Of a stretch of 32,000 bases of DNA, positions 30,512-32,000 are shown one piece after another; within the stretch, counting starts at the first letter, position 1; each line of letters starts with the position of its first letter. The notes below the pieces were generated by a model. That model was not told where the DNA came from, ran no database searches, and saw only the letters and a program-made list of their open reading frames with translations. Origin of the DNA: Bacillus subtilis subsp. subtilis str. 168 (lineage in GTDB: Bacteria > Bacillota > Bacilli > Bacillales > Bacillaceae); NCBI RefSeq assembly GCF_000009045.1, contig NC_000964.3, positions 1,860,001 through 1,892,000 on the forward strand, in the 5' to 3' direction. A program made the position numbers and the translations under genes.

Positions 30512-31675
30512 TTACATTGTAATCATGTCCAGAAAATGATCAATCACAATGGAGGACATTCCTAATGCCGGTGCATTCTGTCCTAAGGAAGATGGCAATA
30601 ATTCATAGCTATTGCCTAATTGGGAATAAACCCTTGATGATACTTCACTTCTCATTGAATTTAAAACCATAGGATGCGATTCAATTATGCTATTTCTTAA
30701 AATTACGGCTTGTGGGTTGAAAGTATTTAGAATATTGGTAAGGCCTATTCCTAAATAGAATCCAAAATTTTGTAATGCATTTAAGGTTCCGATATCATTC
30801 AGATGGGCGAGGTTTATGATATCTTGATAGGACAGTTTTTTCTCTTTGGTCTGAAGAGATTTTAATAAAGCCTTCTCTGAAGCATACAATTCCCAGCATC
30901 CTCGGTTTCCGCAACTGCATTTAGGACCATTAAAGTCTATTGTCATATGTCCCATTTCTCCAGAGAAGCCGCTTACTCCTCTATATAAATGATTGTTGAT
31001 AATAACACCGATCCCTATTCCTGTGCTGATACTTACGTAAATAATGTTATCGTGATTTTTTGCAGCTCCAAATACTTTTTCTCCATATGCGCCAGCATTT
31101 GCCTCATTTTCAATAAAAACAGGCACATTGTACTTCTCTTGTATCGAAGATTTTAAGTCAATATCTCTCCAGTTGGAGTTCGGAGTGAAAACAATTTTTT
31201 GATCTTTATCAATGAGTCCAGGCACGCAAATACCTATACCAATAAGCCCGTACGGAGATTGGGGCATTTGCGTAATAAAGTGATGAATCATATCAATCAA
31301 AATGTCTTTCGTTATTTCTGGAGAATTGGATTCCAAATGGCGGTATTGATCAAGAACGATTGTTCCTTCAAGGTCTGTTAAAATGCCATTAATATAATCC
31401 ACACCAACATCTATTCCAACGGAGTATCCTGCCTTTTTATTAAAAACAAGCATGACAGGTCTTCTTCCGCCACTTGATTGTCCTTGACCTATTTCAAATA
31501 CCATACTTTCTTTCATTAACGTGTTTACCTGTGATGAGACAGTTGATTTATTTAATCCAGTCATTTCAGATAATTTTGCTCTTGAAATAGGTGAATTTTT
31601 AAGGATTTCTTTTAATAATAACTTTTGATTTACTTTTTTGACAAAGGTTTGATCAGCGATATCCACTTCATCCAC
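30512..31675 (-). CDS. xylR: ROK-family xylose repressor XylR
   Basis: N-terminal HTH (SRAKLSEMTGLNKSTVSSQVNTL), ROK motif CSCGNRGCWELYAS, GIGICVPG. Confidence 0.98.
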   Translation of the reverse strand: MDEVDIADQTFVKKVNQKLLLKEILKNSPISRAKLSEMTGLNKSTVSSQVNTLMKESMVFEIGQGQSSGGRRPVMLVFNKKAGYSVGIDVGVDYINGILTDLEGTIVLDQYRHLESNSPEITKDILIDMIHHFITQMPQSPYGLIGIGICVPGLIDKDQKIVFTPNSNWRDIDLKSSIQEKYNVPVFIENEANAGAYGEKVFGAAKNHDNIIYVSISTGIGIGVIINNHLYRGVSGFSGEMGHMTIDFNGPKCSCGNRGCWELYASEKALLKSLQTKEKKLSYQDIINLAHLNDIGTLNALQNFGFYLGIGLTNILNTFNPQAVILRNSIIESHPMVLNSMRSEVSSRVYSQLGNSYELLPSSLGQNAPALGMSSIVIDHFLDMITM

Positions 31676-31771
31676 TCCATTTGTTTAATCTTTAAATTAA
31701 GTATCAACATAGTACATAGCGAATCTTCCCTTTATTATATCTAATGTGTTCATAAAAAACTAAAAAAAATA

Positions 31772-31834
31772 TTGAAAATACTGACGAGGTTATATAAGAT
31801 GAAAATAAGTTAGTTTGTTTAAACAACAAACTAA
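31772..31834 (+). promoter_or_regulatory. xylAB promoter and XylR operator
   Basis: TTGAAA 31772-31777, TATAAG 31793-31798, operator TTAGTTTGTTTAAACAACAAACTAA 31810-31834. Confidence 0.93.
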
Positions 31835-31907
31835 TAGGTGATGTACTTACTATATGAAATAAAATGCATCTGTATTTGAATGAATTTATTTTTAAGGGGG
31901 AAATCAC

Positions 31908-32000
31908 ATGGCTCAATCTCATTCCAGTTCAATCAACTATTTTGGAAGCGCAAACAAAGTGGTTTACGAAGGGAAAGATTCGACTAATCCTTTAGCATTT
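31908..32000 (+). CDS. xylA: Xylose isomerase XylA, 5' fragment truncated by window end
   Basis: AAGGGGG precedes ATG 31908; MAQSHSSSINYFGSANKVVYEGKDSTNPLAF. Confidence 0.95.
   Translation, partial: MAQSHSSSINYFGSANKVVYEGKDSTNPLAF
31943..31956 (+). promoter_or_regulatory. cre site inside the xylA coding sequence
   Basis: TGGAAGCGCAAACA matches the cre consensus; intragenic xylA cre is established for B. subtilis. Confidence 0.85.

Overview
The window looks like a Bacillus subtilis-group chromosome segment, recognised from protein sequences by memory and with no database check. Order: ymzB, ymaE, aprX (all -); a frameshifted small ORF under a LexA-like box; ymaC, ymaD (+); ebrAB and ymaG (-); ymaF, miaA, hfq, ymzC, ymzA, nrdI-nrdE-nrdF-ymaB (+); cwlC (-); spoVK, hflX/ynbA, ynbB, glnR-glnA (+); an AT-rich accessory island (~19.8-26.6 kb, ynxB to a nucleotidyltransferase-like gene); xynP-xynB (+), xylR (-) and the 5' end of xylA (+). 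Most of this is well-known core or catabolic sequence. The parts worth a second look are (i) the ~2.87-3.17 kb LexA-box promoter driving a +1-frameshifted small ORF, and (ii) the glnA-xynP island. The island carries a sublancin-immunity (SunI)-like gene, a SUKH/SMI1-KNR4 gene, a small orphan helical protein gene directly downstream of a possible decayed toxin C-terminus, a PD-(D/E)XK-like protein, a DUF3885-like protein, at least one stop-interrupted gene, small membrane proteins and a lone nucleotidyltransferase-like ORF. This resembles an orphan-immunity/defence gene depot rather than one intact system. I did not find a demonstrably new intact multi-gene system, CRISPR array, IS element, rRNA or tRNA.
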